Source: an uncultured Candidatus Rokubacteria bacterium
GTDB lineage: Bacteria > Methylomirabilota > Methylomirabilia > Rokubacteriales > CSP1-6
Length of the DNA: 64,000 nt
Direction of reading: 5' to 3'
Assembly: GCA_963758635.1 (NCBI GenBank)
Contig: CAVWWD010000008.1
Span: 1,184,001-1,248,000, forward strand
Shown here: one piece after another, positions 27,791-39,136 of the stretch
Position numbering within the stretch: position 1 is the first letter of the stretch
Layout of the letters: the number at the start of each line of letters is the position of its first letter
Made by a program: the position numbers and the translations under genes
The notes under the pieces: model-generated
What the model was told of the DNA's origin: nothing
Databases searched by the model: none
Seen by the model: the letters and a program-made list of their open reading frames with translations, nothing else

Positions 27791-29611
27791 ACCGCTGGCT
27801 CGAGCTCTGGCTGCCGCGCCTCGTCCCCGTCGCCGCCGTGGTGGTGTGCTTCTACGCGTTCCTCCCCGCGCTCTCCGCCGGCTTCGTGAACTGGGACGAC
27901 GAGGTGGGCTTCCTCGAGAACCCCCACTACCGCGGGCTCGGCCCGAGCCATCTCTGGTGGATGCTCACCACGACGCGGCTCGGGCACTGGAGCCCGGTGG
28001 CCTGGATCACGTGGGGCATGGACTACGTGCTCTGGGGTCTGGCGCCTCCCGGCTACCACTTCACGAGCCTGCTGCTCCACGCGGTGGCGGCGGGGCTGTT
28101 CGTGCTCCTCGCGCGCCAGCTCATCGCCGCCGCGCTCGAAGGCATGGCGCCCACCGCGGCCGTCGCCGGCGGCGCGCTCCTCGCCGCGCTCGTCTGGGGC
28201 GTGCACCCGCTGCGCACGGAGTCGGTGGCGTGGGTGAGCGGGCGGCGCGACGTGCTCTGCGGGCTCCTGTCGATCGCCGCGGTGCTCGCCTATCTCCGGG
28301 GCGTCCGGGCGGGCGGGGCGGGCGGGCCAATCGACCGCCGGTGGTGGGCGATCTCGGTGCTGCTCTACGCGGGGGCGCTCGGGTCGAAGGCGATCGCGAT
28401 CACGCTGCCGCTGTCGCTCCTGGTGCTGGACGCCTACCCGCTGCGCCGCCTCGGCCTCGACCGGCGCGCGCGAATCCTGGAGAAGGTCCCGTACGCCGTG
28501 CTCGCCGCGGGCGCCGCCGTGATGGCGGTGGTGGCGCGGCAGGACCCCGGCAACATCACGAGCTACGGCGACTACGGGATGGGGGCGCGGATCGCGCTGG
28601 CCGGCTACACGTTCTGGTTCTACCCCGCGCGCTTCGTCTGGCCGGCGCAGCTCTCGCCGATGTACGAGCTGCCCGTGCACGTCGGGCTCACGCAGCTCCG
28701 GTTCATCCTCCCGCTGCTCGCCGTGGTCGCGATCACCGTCGTGCTCGTGCGCCTCCGGCGCCGCTGGCCGGCCGGGCTGGCCGCCTGGGCGCACTCGGCC
28801 ATCGTGCTTCTGCCCGTGAGCGGGTTCGTGCACTCGGGCCTCCAGCTCGCGTACGACCGCAACAGCTATCTCTCGGGAATGGGCTTCGCCATCCTCGTCG
28901 GCGCCGGCCTGACGTGGGCGTTCGCCGACGAGCAGGCGCCGGCCCGTCGCCGCCTCCTCGCCACCGCGGCGGCCGTCCTGATCGCGGCCACGCTGGGCGC
29001 CGCTGTCGTGGATCCAGGCCGGCGTGTGGAGCACCTCGGAGACGCTCTGGCGGCGGGCGACCCAGCTCGATCCGGCCTGCTCGATCTGCGCGAGCAACTT
29101 CGGGCGCGCGCTCGCCCGGCCGGGGCGCTTCGCGGAGGCGGAGTCCTACGTTCGCCGCGCCATCGCGCTCCGGCCCGAGCGGGCTGGCCCCCACGAGAAC
29201 ATGGCGGTGATCGCCACCATGCAGGGCCGCCACGCCGAGGCCGAGGAGGAGTTCCGGAAGGTGGTCGCGATCCGGCCGAACCACGGCGGCTCGCGCAACA
29301 ACCTGGCGGTGGCGATGGCCAACCAGAGGCGCTACAAGGAGGCGGAGAAGGAGCTGCACGAGGCGGCACGCCTGGCTCCCACGCTGGTCGATGTTCCGGC
29401 CAACCTCGGCGGGATCTACGTGCGCCAGGGCCGCCACGCCGAGGCGATCCCGCTCCTGCGGCGCGTGATCGAGACGGATCCCGGCCGCGCGGCCGCGCGC
29501 GCGAGCCTGATCTGGGCGCTCACTGGCCAGGCGGCCGCGCTCGAAGCCAGCGGCAACTCGGCCGAGGCGGCCAAGCTCACCCAGGAGGCCGTCGCGCTCA
29601 GCTCCCGATGA
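27787..29611 (+). CDS. TMTC-like GT-C/TPR protein, copy 2 (frameshift near 29000)
   Basis: NWDDEVGF, VHPLRTESVAWVSGRRDVL, YDRNSYL; TPRs in ORF 29024-29611. Confidence 0.8.
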
Positions 29612-31614
29612 CGGCGCTCGCCCGGGCAGTGCCGCTCCTGGTGGCGCTGGCCGCGGGCGCCGCATTCCTCCCCGCGCTGGACGCCGGCTTCGTCGACTGG
29701 GACGACGACCGCAACTTCCTGCAGAATCCCGGCTACCGCGGGCTCGGTGCGGCCCAGCTCCGCTGGATGTTCACGAGCACGTGGATGGGGCACTACATCC
29801 CGCTCACGTGGGCGAGCCTCGGGCTCAACTACGCGCTGGGCGGCATGAGCCCGTGGGGCTACCACCTCGGCAATCTCGTCCTTCACGCGACCAACGCCGC
29901 GCTCCTCTTCGCCGTCGCCCGGCGTCTGATCGCCGCCGCGTTCGCGCCGGCGGCCGGGGCGTCGGGGACTGCGGCGCTCGGGGCTGCGGCGTTCACGCCC
30001 GGGGCGGATGCCCGGCGCGCCGCGCGTGCGCTGACCGTGGGCGCCGCGGTGGCGGCGCTCTCGTGGGCGCTCCACCCGCTGCGCGCGGAGTCGGTGGCGT
30101 GGGCCACCGAGCGGCGGGACGTCCTCTGCGGGCTCTTCTACCTCGCCGCCGTGCTCGCCTACCTGCGCGCCGTCTCATCCGGAGCGCGCCGGCGCCGCTG
30201 GCTCGGCGCCTCGGTCGCGGCGCTCGCCTGCGCGCTCGCGTCGAAGGCGATGGCGATGACGCTGCCGCTCACCCTGCTCGTGATCGACGTCTACCCGCTC
30301 CGCCGGCGCGACCGCGGCTGGCTCGCCCTCGTGAGAGAGAAGCTCCCGCACTTCGTCCTCGCCGCGCTGGCCGCCCTGGTCGCCACCTGGGCGGTGACGC
30401 GCGGCGCCGCGTGGACCAGCTACGAGACGTACGGGCTCCCGGCGCGCCTCGCGCTCACCGCGTACAGCTTCTGGTTCCACGCGACCAAGCTCGTCTGGCC
30501 CGAGGGGCTCTCGCCCCTCTACGAGATGCCCGCGCGCATCGATCTCCTCGACCCGCGCTTCCTCGGCCCGTGCGCCGGCGTCCTCGCGCTCACCGCCGTC
30601 CTCCTCGCCCTGCGCCGCCGCGTCCCCGCGCGGCCTCGCCGCGTGGACGCACGCCCTCGTGGTGCTCGCCCCCGTGAGCGGCATCGCCCACGCCGGCTAC
30701 CAGCTCGCGCACGACCGCTACGGCTACCTGGCGAGCCTGGGCGCGGCCACGATCGCGGGGGGCGCCGTCACGTGGCTCCTCCGCGCCCGCCACGCCGCCC
30801 GCGTCTCCCGCTGGGTGACCGCCGCCACCCTCGCCGGCGTCGCGCTGGCCCTCGCCGGCCTCGGCGCGGCGGCCTGGGAGCAGACCAGGATCTGGCACGA
30901 CTCCGAAACCCTCTGGCGCGCCGCCGTGGCCGCCGATCCCGCGTGCTCCCTCTGCCGCCACAAGCTCGGCAACGTCCTCCTCGCCGCCGGCCGCCACGCC
31001 GAAGCCGAGGCCGAGCTCGGCACGGCCGCGGCGCTTCGCCCCGATCGCGCGGGTCCGCTCGTAAGCCTGGGCGCCCTCCTCACGGAGCAGGGCCGCCATC
31101 GCCGAGGCCGAGGCGGCCCTCCGCGAGGCGATACGCCGCGGCCCCAATACCGCCGCCGCGTACGCGAACCTCGGCGCCCTGAAAGCCCGCGGAGGCGACA
31201 CACGCCGAGGCCGTCGCGCTCCTCCGCCAGGCCCGCGTCCTCGCCCCGTGGCTCGACGACGCCCGCGACAACCTCGCCCGCGCCCTAGCCAACCTCGGCG
31301 CCGGCCTGGCGAAGCACGGCCGTCTCCCCGAAGCCATCGCCGCCTTCCGCGAGGCCACGCAGCTCCGACCGGACGACGCCGACGCCTGGCGCAACCTCGG
31401 CCAGGCGCTGGTGGAGCAGGGGAACGCGGCCGAGGCAGTGCCCATGCTCGAGCGCGCCACCCAGATCAGGCCCCGCGGCCCCGCCGAGCACTTCTGGCTC
31501 GCCCGCGCCTACCTCCTCTCCGGCCGCCCCGCCGACGCGCAACCTCACATCACCGTCCTGCGCGAGCTCGACCCCACCGCCGCCAGCGCCCTCGCCGCCT
31601 CGCTACCCCGCTGA
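29608..31614 (+). CDS. TMTC-like GT-C/TPR protein, copy 3 (frameshifts near 30630 and 31100-31200)
   Basis: DWDDDRNF, LHPLRAESVAWATERRDVL, HDRYGYL, TPRs. Confidence 0.8.
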
Positions 31615-31628
31615 CCCCCGCGTCTCAT

Positions 31629-32230
31629 CCGATCGCGGCCTGCGCGCGAGGGAGGGGCGGCGGGGCGGCACCTGGGGTCGCGGAACCACGCCGCACGCGT
31701 CCGCTGCCCCGTTGCGGCTGGGCTCCATCCGGGCGGGCGAGGTCCGTCGCCGGAAGGAGGGGAAGGGCCCCGCGACCCCAGGTGCCGCCCCACCGCCCCT
31801 CCGGCAGCCCGCTGTTGGCCACGAACGAGGCCGGACCGCCCACGGCGCCTGCCGCACATGCGGCGCAACGTCGGGGTCAGACCCTCGCGCACTCATCCGC
31901 GCGCAACTTCGGGGTCAGACCCTCGCGCAACTTATCCGCGCGCAACTTCGGGGGTCAGACCCTCGCGCGGAACGACACGCCCGCATGTTGCGCGAGGGTC
32001 TGACCCCGATGTTGCGCGACGTTGCGCGCGGTCGTTCGCGGCAACAGCGGGCGGACGGGAGGCGGTGGGGCGGCACCCGGGGTCGCGGGGCCCTTCCCCT
32101 CCTTCTGGCGACGGAGATCGCGCGCCCGGATGGAGCCCCGCCGCAACCGGGCAGCGGACGCGTGCGACGTGGTTCCGCGACCCCGGGTGCCGCCCCGCCG
32201 CCATTCCCTCGCGCGCCGGGCGGCGATCGG
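31629..32230. repeat. Nested palindromic element: ~200-bp inverted arms around GGGGTCAGACCCTCGCGC repeats
   Basis: 31629-~31830 is an imperfect reverse complement of ~32030-32230; central repeats at 31873, 31911, 31951 (direct) and 31990-32007 (inverted). Confidence 0.9.
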
Positions 32231-32242
32231 CACTGAAGCCTG

Positions 32243-32271
32243 TTGAAGTGCCGCGGGCCGTCTGCTACCGT
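32243..32271 (+). promoter_or_regulatory. Putative sigma70 promoter of the cob/btu operon
   Basis: TTGAAG-17 bp-TACCGT with TG extension, just upstream of the riboswitch. Confidence 0.5.
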
Positions 32272-32282
32272 CACGCGCGGAG

Positions 32283-32442
32283 CCTTTGCCACCCGGGGTG
32301 CAGGGAAGGCGGTGCGAATCCGCCGCGACCCCGTCACTGTGATCGGGGACGAAACCCACGGTCGAGCCACTGGCCCGCGGGACGCGGGCCGGGAAGGCGT
32401 GGGGAGTAGGACGATCCGAGAGCCAGGAGACCGACCCGGGCG
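32283..32442 (+). ncRNA. Cobalamin riboswitch 1
   Basis: GGGAA-GGCGGTGCGAATCCGCC, CCCCGTCACTGT, GCCACTGG...GGGAAGG, GAGCCAGGAGACC B12-box; upstream of cobU. Confidence 0.92.
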
Positions 32443-32505
32443 GCTGCCGTCCACGCAGGGTCTCGAGGGAGGACCCGGACGATCGATCGCCACCAGTCTC
32501 ACTTC

Positions 32506-33051
32506 TTGCTGGGCGGAGCGCGGAGCGGCAAGAGCCGCCACGCCGTCGCCCTCGCGCGCGCCGCCGGGCGCCCCACCGCGTTCGTCGCCACCGCGGAAGC
32601 CTTCGACGACGGCATGCGCGCGCGCATCGCGCGCCATCGCGCGGAGCGCCCGGCCGAGTGGCTCACCGTGGAGGAGCCGCTCGCGCTGCCCGCCGCGTGC
32701 CGCGCGATCCCCGCCGCCATCGACCTGGTCGTGATCGACTGCCTCACCGTCTGGGTCGGCAACCGCATCCTCCGCGCCGGCGCCGACGATGCCATCCTTG
32801 CCGGCGCCGAGGAGCTGGCCGGACTGCTCGCCGAGCGCCGTCGCTCCTGGGTGATCGTCTCCAACGAGGTCGGGGAGGGCGTGCACCCACCCACCGCCGA
32901 CGGCATGCGCTTCCGCGACGTCCTCGGCCTCGTGAACCAGCGGATCGCCGCCGTCGCCGACCGCGTGACGCTCATGGTGGCGGGACTGCCTCTGGTCGTG
33001 AAGGACGGCCGCGACGCGGCCGTGGACCCCCGTGCTCCGCGCGCTCGTTGA
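32506..33051 (+). CDS. cobU: Bifunctional cobinamide kinase/guanylyltransferase (true start probably slightly upstream)
   Basis: GGARSGKS, RIARHRAERP, IDCLTVW, VSNEVG, FRDVLGLVNQ. Confidence 0.93.
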   Translation: MLGGARSGKSRHAVALARAAGRPTAFVATAEAFDDGMRARIARHRAERPAEWLTVEEPLALPAACRAIPAAIDLVVIDCLTVWVGNRILRAGADDAILAGAEELAGLLAERRRSWVIVSNEVGEGVHPPTADGMRFRDVLGLVNQRIAAVADRVTLMVAGLPLVVKDGRDAAVDPRAPRAR

Positions 33052-34087
33052 CGCCATCGTCGCGCCCGACCCCGCGGTGGGCCGGGAGGCCCAGGCGCGG
33101 CTCGACGCGCTGACCAAGCCGCCCGGGAGCCTCGGCCGCCTGGAGGAGCTGGCCCGCGCCATCGCCGACGATGACGGGCCGCTGCCCGCCCGAGATACGC
33201 CAGCCGGTGATCGTCACGCTCGCCGCCGACCACGGCGTGGCCGCCGAGGGCGTGAGCGCGTACCCGCAGGTGGTCACCGCGCAGATGATCGAGAACCTCC
33301 TGGCCGGCGGCGCCGCGGTGAACGTGCTCGCGCGCCAGGCGGGCGCCCGCGTCGTGGTCGCCGACCTCGGCGTGGCCAGCCCGGTGGGCGAGCGGCCCGG
33401 TCTCGTGCGCCGCGCGATCGCCCCGGGCACCGGCAACATCGCGCGCGGCCCCGCCATGACGCGCGCCCAGGCGGCACAGGCCGTCGACGATCGGCGCGAC
33501 GCTGGCGGCGGACGAGGTCGCGCGCGGCGCCGACCTCCTCGCCACCGGCGAGATGGGCATCGCGAACACGACCGCGGCCGCCGCGGTGGTCGCCGCGCTC
33601 ACCGGCGCGCCGCCGGAAGCGGTGACGGGGCGCGGCACGGGCATCGACCAGGACCGCTGGCGTCTCGAAGGTGGACGTGGTCGCGCGCGCGCTCGCCGTG
33701 AACCGGCCGGATCCCGCCGATCCCCTCGGCGTGCTCGCGCGCGTGGGCGGCTTCGAGATCGCGGGCCTGGCCGGCGTCGTCCTGGGCGGCGCCGCGCGGC
33801 GCGTGCCGGTGGTGCTGGACGGGTTCATCGCCGGCGCGGCGGCCCTCGCCGCCGTGCGCCTCGCGCCCGAGGCGCGGCACTACCTGATCGCCGCGCACCG
33901 CTCGGTCGAGCCGGGGCACGCGATCGTGCTCGAGGCCCTCGGGCTCACGCCGTACCTCGACCTCGAGATGCGGCTGGGCGAGGGGACGGGCGCCGCGCTC
34001 GCGATCGGCCTGGCCCGCGCCGCCTGCGCCGTCATGGCCGAGATGGCCACGTTCAAGTCCGCGGGCGTGTCGGAGCGCCAGCCGTGA
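33032..34087 (+). CDS. cobT: Nicotinate-nucleotide:dimethylbenzimidazole phosphoribosyltransferase (several frameshifts)
   Basis: [52 protein letters not shown]. Confidence 0.92.
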
Positions 34088-34988
34088 CGAGGCGCGCGCT
34101 CGCCGTCCTGGTCGGGGCGTGGCTCGCGCTGGCCGCCGGCGCCGCGGGCGCGTTCACCCTGGCGGATCAGACCGGGCGGACGCTCGACGCTCCCCGAGCC
34201 GCCGCGCCGCATCGTGTCGCTGGTGCCGAGCGTCACCGAGATCCTGTTCGCGATCGGCGCCCAGGACCGCCTGGTCGCGGTCACCGACTTCTGCGACTTC
34301 CCGGCGGAGGCGCGGTGGAAGCCGCGCGTGGGCGGCATGGTCTCGCCGAGCCTCGAGACGATCGCCGCGCTCCGGCCGGACGTGGTGGTGGTGACGCCGG
34401 CGGGCAACCGCGAAGAGACGCTGGCCCAGCTCGGGCGGCTGCGCATCCCCGTGTTCGCCGTGAACGCCGAGAGCGTGCGCGAGGTGCTGGACCTGGTCGA
34501 CCGGCTCGGCCGGCTCGCCGGACGCGTGGCCGAGGCCGACGCGCTCGCCGAGCGCCTCCGCGCGCGCGTGCGCCAGGTGAGCGATCGCGTGGCGCCGCTC
34601 GCCCGGCCCCGCGTGCTCTACGTGCTCTGGCCCGAGCCCCTGATCGTGCCCGGGCGCGGCGCGCTGGTCACGGAGCTGATCGAGCTGGCGGGCGGCCGCT
34701 CGGTGACCGCCGGCGCCGCGTCCGGCTACCCGCGCTACAGCACGGAGGCCGCGGTGGCCCAGGCGCCGGAGGTCATCGTGCTGGCGCGCCACGGCCAGCC
34801 AGAGCATGCCGACGAGCGGCGACGCGTGGCGGCGGTTCACGGCGCTCCCCGCCATCCGCGGCCGCCGGCTCCACACGGTGGACGGCGACGTGTTCCACCG
34901 CTACGGGCCGCGCGTGGTCGACGGGCTCGAGCAGCTCGCGCGCATGCTCCACCCCGAGGCCTACCCGAAGGCGGGCGAGCGACGATGA
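34084..34988 (+). CDS. btuF: Cobalamin-binding periplasmic protein (frameshifted)
   Basis: [40 protein letters not shown]. Confidence 0.85.
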
Positions 34989-36001
34989 CGCTCCGCATGC
35001 GGCTCGCCGTCACGCTCGCGCTCTCCGGCGCGCTGCTCGCCGCCGTGGCCGGCGCCGCGCTCCTCGTGGGCGCGGTGCACGTGCCGCCCGCCGCCGTGCT
35101 GGCGCTCCTGGCCGGTGGAGCCGGCGACGGGGTGGACCGCGACGTGATCCTGAGCCTCCGCCTGCCCCGCATCGCCGTGGCCGCGCTGGCCGGGGGCGCG
35201 CTCGCCGTGGCGGGCGCGGCGCTCCAGGGCCTGACGCGCAACCCGCTGGCCGAGCCGTCCGTGCTCGGCGTGTCCGGCGGCGCGGCCTTCGGCGTGGTGC
35301 TGGGCCAGCTCTTCGGCCTCGGCGGGGGCGTGGCCGAGTCGCTCGGCCTGGCCTCGTTCGCCTTCGCGGGCGCGTTCGTGGCGGGGGGCATCGTGTACCT
35401 GATCGCCCAGGGCACGGCGGGCATGCCCGTGCACGCGCTGCTGCTGGCCGGCGTGGTCGTCGGCATCTTCTTCGGCTCGGCGATCACGGTGCTGATCTCC
35501 GTGGTCGACGTGAATCGCCTCGGCGGCGTCATCCACTGGCTGCTCGGCAACATCGCGCCGGCCTCCGCCGGCTCGCTCGCCGTCTTCGCGGGGCTCGCCG
35601 GCCTCGGCGTGGGGCTGACCGTGGCCGACGCGCGGCGGCTCAACCTGCTCGCCCTGGGCGACGAGGCGGCGGCGCTGCTGGGCGTGGACGCGCTCGCGCT
35701 CAAGCGCCGGCTCTTCGTGGCCGCGGCGCTCCTCGTGGCCGCGGTGGTCGCCTTCGCGGGGCCGATCGCCTTCGTCGGGCTCATCGTGCCCCACTGCCTG
35801 CGCGCCCTCGTGGGGCCGGACCATCGCGTGCTCGTGCCCGCGGCGCTCCTCGGCGGCGCGGTGTTCCTCCTCGCCGCCGACACGCTGGCCCGCACCGTCG
35901 TGGCGCCGGCGGAGGTGGCGGTGGGCGTGATCACGTCGCTCTGCGGCGCGCCGTTCTTCGTGTACCTGCTCCGCACGCGGCCGTCCGGGGTGCGGCCGTG
36001 A
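34985..36001 (+). CDS. btuC: FecCD/BtuC ABC permease
   Basis: [44 protein letters not shown]. Confidence 0.88.
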   Translation: MTLRMRLAVTLALSGALLAAVAGAALLVGAVHVPPAAVLALLAGGAGDGVDRDVILSLRLPRIAVAALAGGALAVAGAALQGLTRNPLAEPSVLGVSGGAAFGVVLGQLFGLGGGVAESLGLASFAFAGAFVAGGIVYLIAQGTAGMPVHALLLAGVVVGIFFGSAITVLISVVDVNRLGGVIHWLLGNIAPASAGSLAVFAGLAGLGVGLTVADARRLNLLALGDEAAALLGVDALALKRRLFVAAALLVAAVVAFAGPIAFVGLIVPHCLRALVGPDHRVLVPAALLGGAVFLLAADTLARTVVAPAEVAVGVITSLCGAPFFVYLLRTRPSGVRP

Positions 36002-36853
36002 GCGCGCCGCTCGTCGAGCTGGACGGCGTGCGCTTCGCCTATCCCGCGGCGCGCGGCGCCGCCGCGGGCACGACGCGGAGCTTCGAGATCCGCGACGTGT
36101 GCCTCGAGGTGGCGCCCGGGGAGATCGTCGGCGTGATCGGCCCCAACGGCTCGGGCAAGACCACGCTGGTGCGCCTCCTCGCGGGACTGCTCACGCCCAC
36201 CGCGGGCGTGGTCCGCCTCGAGGGCGAGCCGATGACGCGCCTTCCCCGCGGCGCGCGTGGCCACGCGCGTCGCGGTCGTCGCCCAGGACGGCGTCCCGGG
36301 ATTCCCGTACACGGTGGGCGAGCTGGTCCTGATGGGCCGCTTCCCGCACGGGCCCGGGCGCTTCTTCGAGACCGCGGAGGACGGGGAGGCCGCCGCCCGC
36401 GCGATGGCCCTGGCCGGGGTGGAGGCGCTGGCCGGCGAGCCGCTGGACCGGCTCTCCGGCGGCGAGCGCCAGCGCGCGCACCTGGCGCGGGCGCTCGCCC
36501 AGCGCCCGCGCGTGCTCGTGCTCGACGAGCCCACCGCGCACCTGGACCTCCGCTACCAGGTGGAGTGCGTGGCGCTCCTCCGCCGGCTCCACGCCGACGA
36601 GGGCCTCGCCGTGGTGCTGGTGACGCACGACCTGAGCCTGGCCGGCGAGGTGTGCGAGCGCCTCCTGCTCCTGGACGCGGGGCGGCCGGTGCGGCTCGGC
36701 CCGCCCGCCGCCGTGCTGGAGCGCTCGGTGCTCGAGTCGGTGTACCGCTGCGACGTCGAGGTGTCCGTCCATCCCGCGAGCGGCCGGCCGCGCGTGGCCG
36801 TGGTGTGGCCCTGGGGTCCGCCCGGTGACCGGCCCGCGCGCGAAGGGAGGTGA
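35998..36853 (+). CDS. btuD: BtuD/FecE ABC ATPase (frameshift near 36250)
   Basis: [31 protein letters not shown]. Confidence 0.88.
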
Positions 36854-36877
36854 GACCCGCTCCGCATCGCGCATCAC

Positions 36878-37070
36878 TCGTCCCGTGATGAAGGGAAGCC
36901 GGTGAGGGCGGATGCGACAGCCGCCCGAGTCCGGCACGGTCCCGCCACTGTGAGTGGGGAGCGCCGCCCGATCCTCGATCCGTCCTGGACCGAGGGGCCA
37001 CTGGCCGCAAGGCCGGGAAGGCCGGGCGTGACGGCGACGATCCACGAGTCAGGAGACCTGTCACGGGATG
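36878..37070 (+). ncRNA. Cobalamin riboswitch 2 (internal, before btuB)
   Basis: AGGGAAGCCGGTG...CCGGCACGGTCCCGCCACTGT, GCCACTGG...GGGAAGG, GAGTCAGGAGACCTG. Confidence 0.92.
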
Positions 37071-37109
37071 CCCGCGACATCACCCTTTCGAGGCAAAAGG
37101 AGTGGTTGC

Positions 37110-39095
37110 ATGCGAGCACTCGCTGTCATCGCCGCCGCCGTCTTCCTGGCCCCGGCCGCCGCGGTCGCCCAGGACGCGCGCCCGGCCGAGCCGAGCACCG
37201 TGACACAGACCATCACACCCGCCGCGCCGGCCGCGGCCGCGCCCGCGCCGGCCACGGGCGCCCCGGCCACGGACGACGTCAAGCGCACGGACCCCGTCGT
37301 GGTGAGCGCGACCCGCGTGGACACGCCGGTCAGCGAGCTCGGCGCCTCGGTGAGCGTCGTCACCGAGGAGGACTTCCGCGTCTACCACTACCCGACGGTG
37401 GACGAGGCGCTCCGCGGCGTGCCCGGCGTGGACATCCGCCGCTCGGGCGGCTTCGGCAAGACCTCGTCGATCTCGATCCGCGGGGCCAACTCGAACCAGG
37501 TCCAGGTCCTGGTCGACGGCGTGCGCGTGAAGAGCCCCACGCTGGGCCAGGTGGACCTGTCCGACATCTCGCCCGACCTCATCGAGCGGATCGAGGTGAT
37601 CCGCGGCCCGCAGTCGACCATCTACGGCGCCGACGCCATGGGCGGCGTCGTGAACATCATCACCAAGCGCGGGCGTGGCGCGCCGTTCTCCGCCACTGTC
37701 GAGCAGGAGATCGGCAACCGCGACACGTTCCGCACGCGCGCCTCGGCGAGCGGGCAATGGAAGATCCTCGACTACGCGGTCTCCGGCTCGCACCTCGAGT
37801 CCAACGGCCAGTTCCAGAACGACGGCACGGACTGGAACGCGCTCAACCTGAACGTGGGCGTGTCGCTGCCCGGCAACACCCGCGTCGGGTTCGTGGCGCG
37901 CTGGAACCGGAACGACACCGACCTGCCCGTGAAGTTCGTGTGCTGCGGCCCGCTGCCCATCGAGCCGCTGATCGACAAGAACGCCCAGCAGCAGAGCGAG
38001 ACCCTGGTCCTGAGCCTGGAGGCGCGCACGAAGCCGGTGGACTGGTGGGAGAGCCGGCTGCGCCTGTCCCGCTACGAGAACAACGTGGGCTTCCAGGACG
38101 ACGTGGACTTCGGCTACGACTTCGACTTCCTGTCGTTCTCGCAGATCAAGGTGGAGCGTCGCGAGGCGGAGTGGGTCAACTCCTTCCACATCGGCCGGTG
38201 GAGCACGAGCACCTTCGGCCTCGAGTACCGCGAGGAGGAGGGGCACAACCGGTCGAACTTCTCGAGCTTCCGCGCCGAGACCGACACCAAGGCCTTCTTC
38301 TTCGAGCAGCAGCTCCGCTTCTTCGAGCGGCTCTTCGTCACCGGCGGCGTGCGCGTGGAGGACCACAGCGCGTTCGGCACGGAGGTGACGGGGCGCGGCG
38401 GCGTCTCGTACCTGATCAAGGCGTGGGGGACGCGGATCCACGGGAGCGCGGGCAACGGCTTCCGGGCCCCGACCATCAACGACCTCTTCTTCCCCGACTT
38501 CTCGAACCCCGACCTCGAGCCCGAGCGGAGCCTGTCCTGGGACGCGGGCGTGGAGCAGCGGTTCTGGAACGACCGCATCCGCCTCGGGCTGGTGTACTTC
38601 TACAACAAGTTCACGAACCTCATCCAGTTCGTGCCGACCGAGACGTTCCCGTTCACCGCCGCCGTCAACGTGGCGCGCGCGCGCACCGAGGGCATCGAGT
38701 TCATCGCCGACGTCGACATCCTCCCGAACCTGGTCGCCTCGGTGAACTACACGTACGTCGACTCCGAGAACCTCGCCGAGGACCGGTGGTTGCGCCGGCA
38801 GCCGCAGCACCGGTGGAACGTGCGGCTCACGTGGGAGCCCATCCCGCGCCTGAACCTGTGGGCGGCCGTGCACACGGCCTCGCGCCAGTTCGAGAGCGAG
38901 GAGGTCGGCTACAACCGCGGCCACACCCGCGTGGACATGGGCGGGACCTACCGCGTGGTCGACCGGTACGGCGTGCTGCAGGCGCTCGAGCTGACGGCGC
39001 TGGTGCAGAACCTCCTCGACGAGGGCTACGCCGAGGTGCGAGGCTTCCCCGCGCTGGGGATCACCGCCCTGGTCGGGCTCCGGGCGCGCTTCTGA
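37110..39095 (+). CDS. btuB: TonB-dependent cobalamin receptor
   Basis: Signal peptide, VVVSATR, SIRGANSNQVQVLVDG, IERIEVIRGPQSTIYG, FRAPT, C-terminal F; behind B12 riboswitch. Confidence 0.9.
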   Translation: MRALAVIAAAVFLAPAAAVAQDARPAEPSTVTQTITPAAPAAAAPAPATGAPATDDVKRTDPVVVSATRVDTPVSELGASVSVVTEEDFRVYHYPTVDEALRGVPGVDIRRSGGFGKTSSISIRGANSNQVQVLVDGVRVKSPTLGQVDLSDISPDLIERIEVIRGPQSTIYGADAMGGVVNIITKRGRGAPFSATVEQEIGNRDTFRTRASASGQWKILDYAVSGSHLESNGQFQNDGTDWNALNLNVGVSLPGNTRVGFVARWNRNDTDLPVKFVCCGPLPIEPLIDKNAQQQSETLVLSLEARTKPVDWWESRLRLSRYENNVGFQDDVDFGYDFDFLSFSQIKVERREAEWVNSFHIGRWSTSTFGLEYREEEGHNRSNFSSFRAETDTKAFFFEQQLRFFERLFVTGGVRVEDHSAFGTEVTGRGGVSYLIKAWGTRIHGSAGNGFRAPTINDLFFPDFSNPDLEPERSLSWDAGVEQRFWNDRIRLGLVYFYNKFTNLIQFVPTETFPFTAAVNVARARTEGIEFIADVDILPNLVASVNYTYVDSENLAEDRWLRRQPQHRWNVRLTWEPIPRLNLWAAVHTASRQFESEEVGYNRGHTRVDMGGTYRVVDRYGVLQALELTALVQNLLDEGYAEVRGFPALGITALVGLRARF

Positions 39096-39136
39096 GCCGG
39101 CCATGCTCCTGATCCGGCGCTGCTGAGCCGGGCGCG

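Noticed and set aside
25921..31182. 1753-aa giant ORF
   Set aside because: Chimera of off-frame Arg/Gly-rich sequence and parts of TMTC copies 2 and 3 joined by frameshifts
31865..32010. Mini-CRISPR in the centre of the palindrome
   Set aside because: Intervening segments are about 20 bp and nearly identical to each other, and one unit is inverted; REP-like rather than CRISPR
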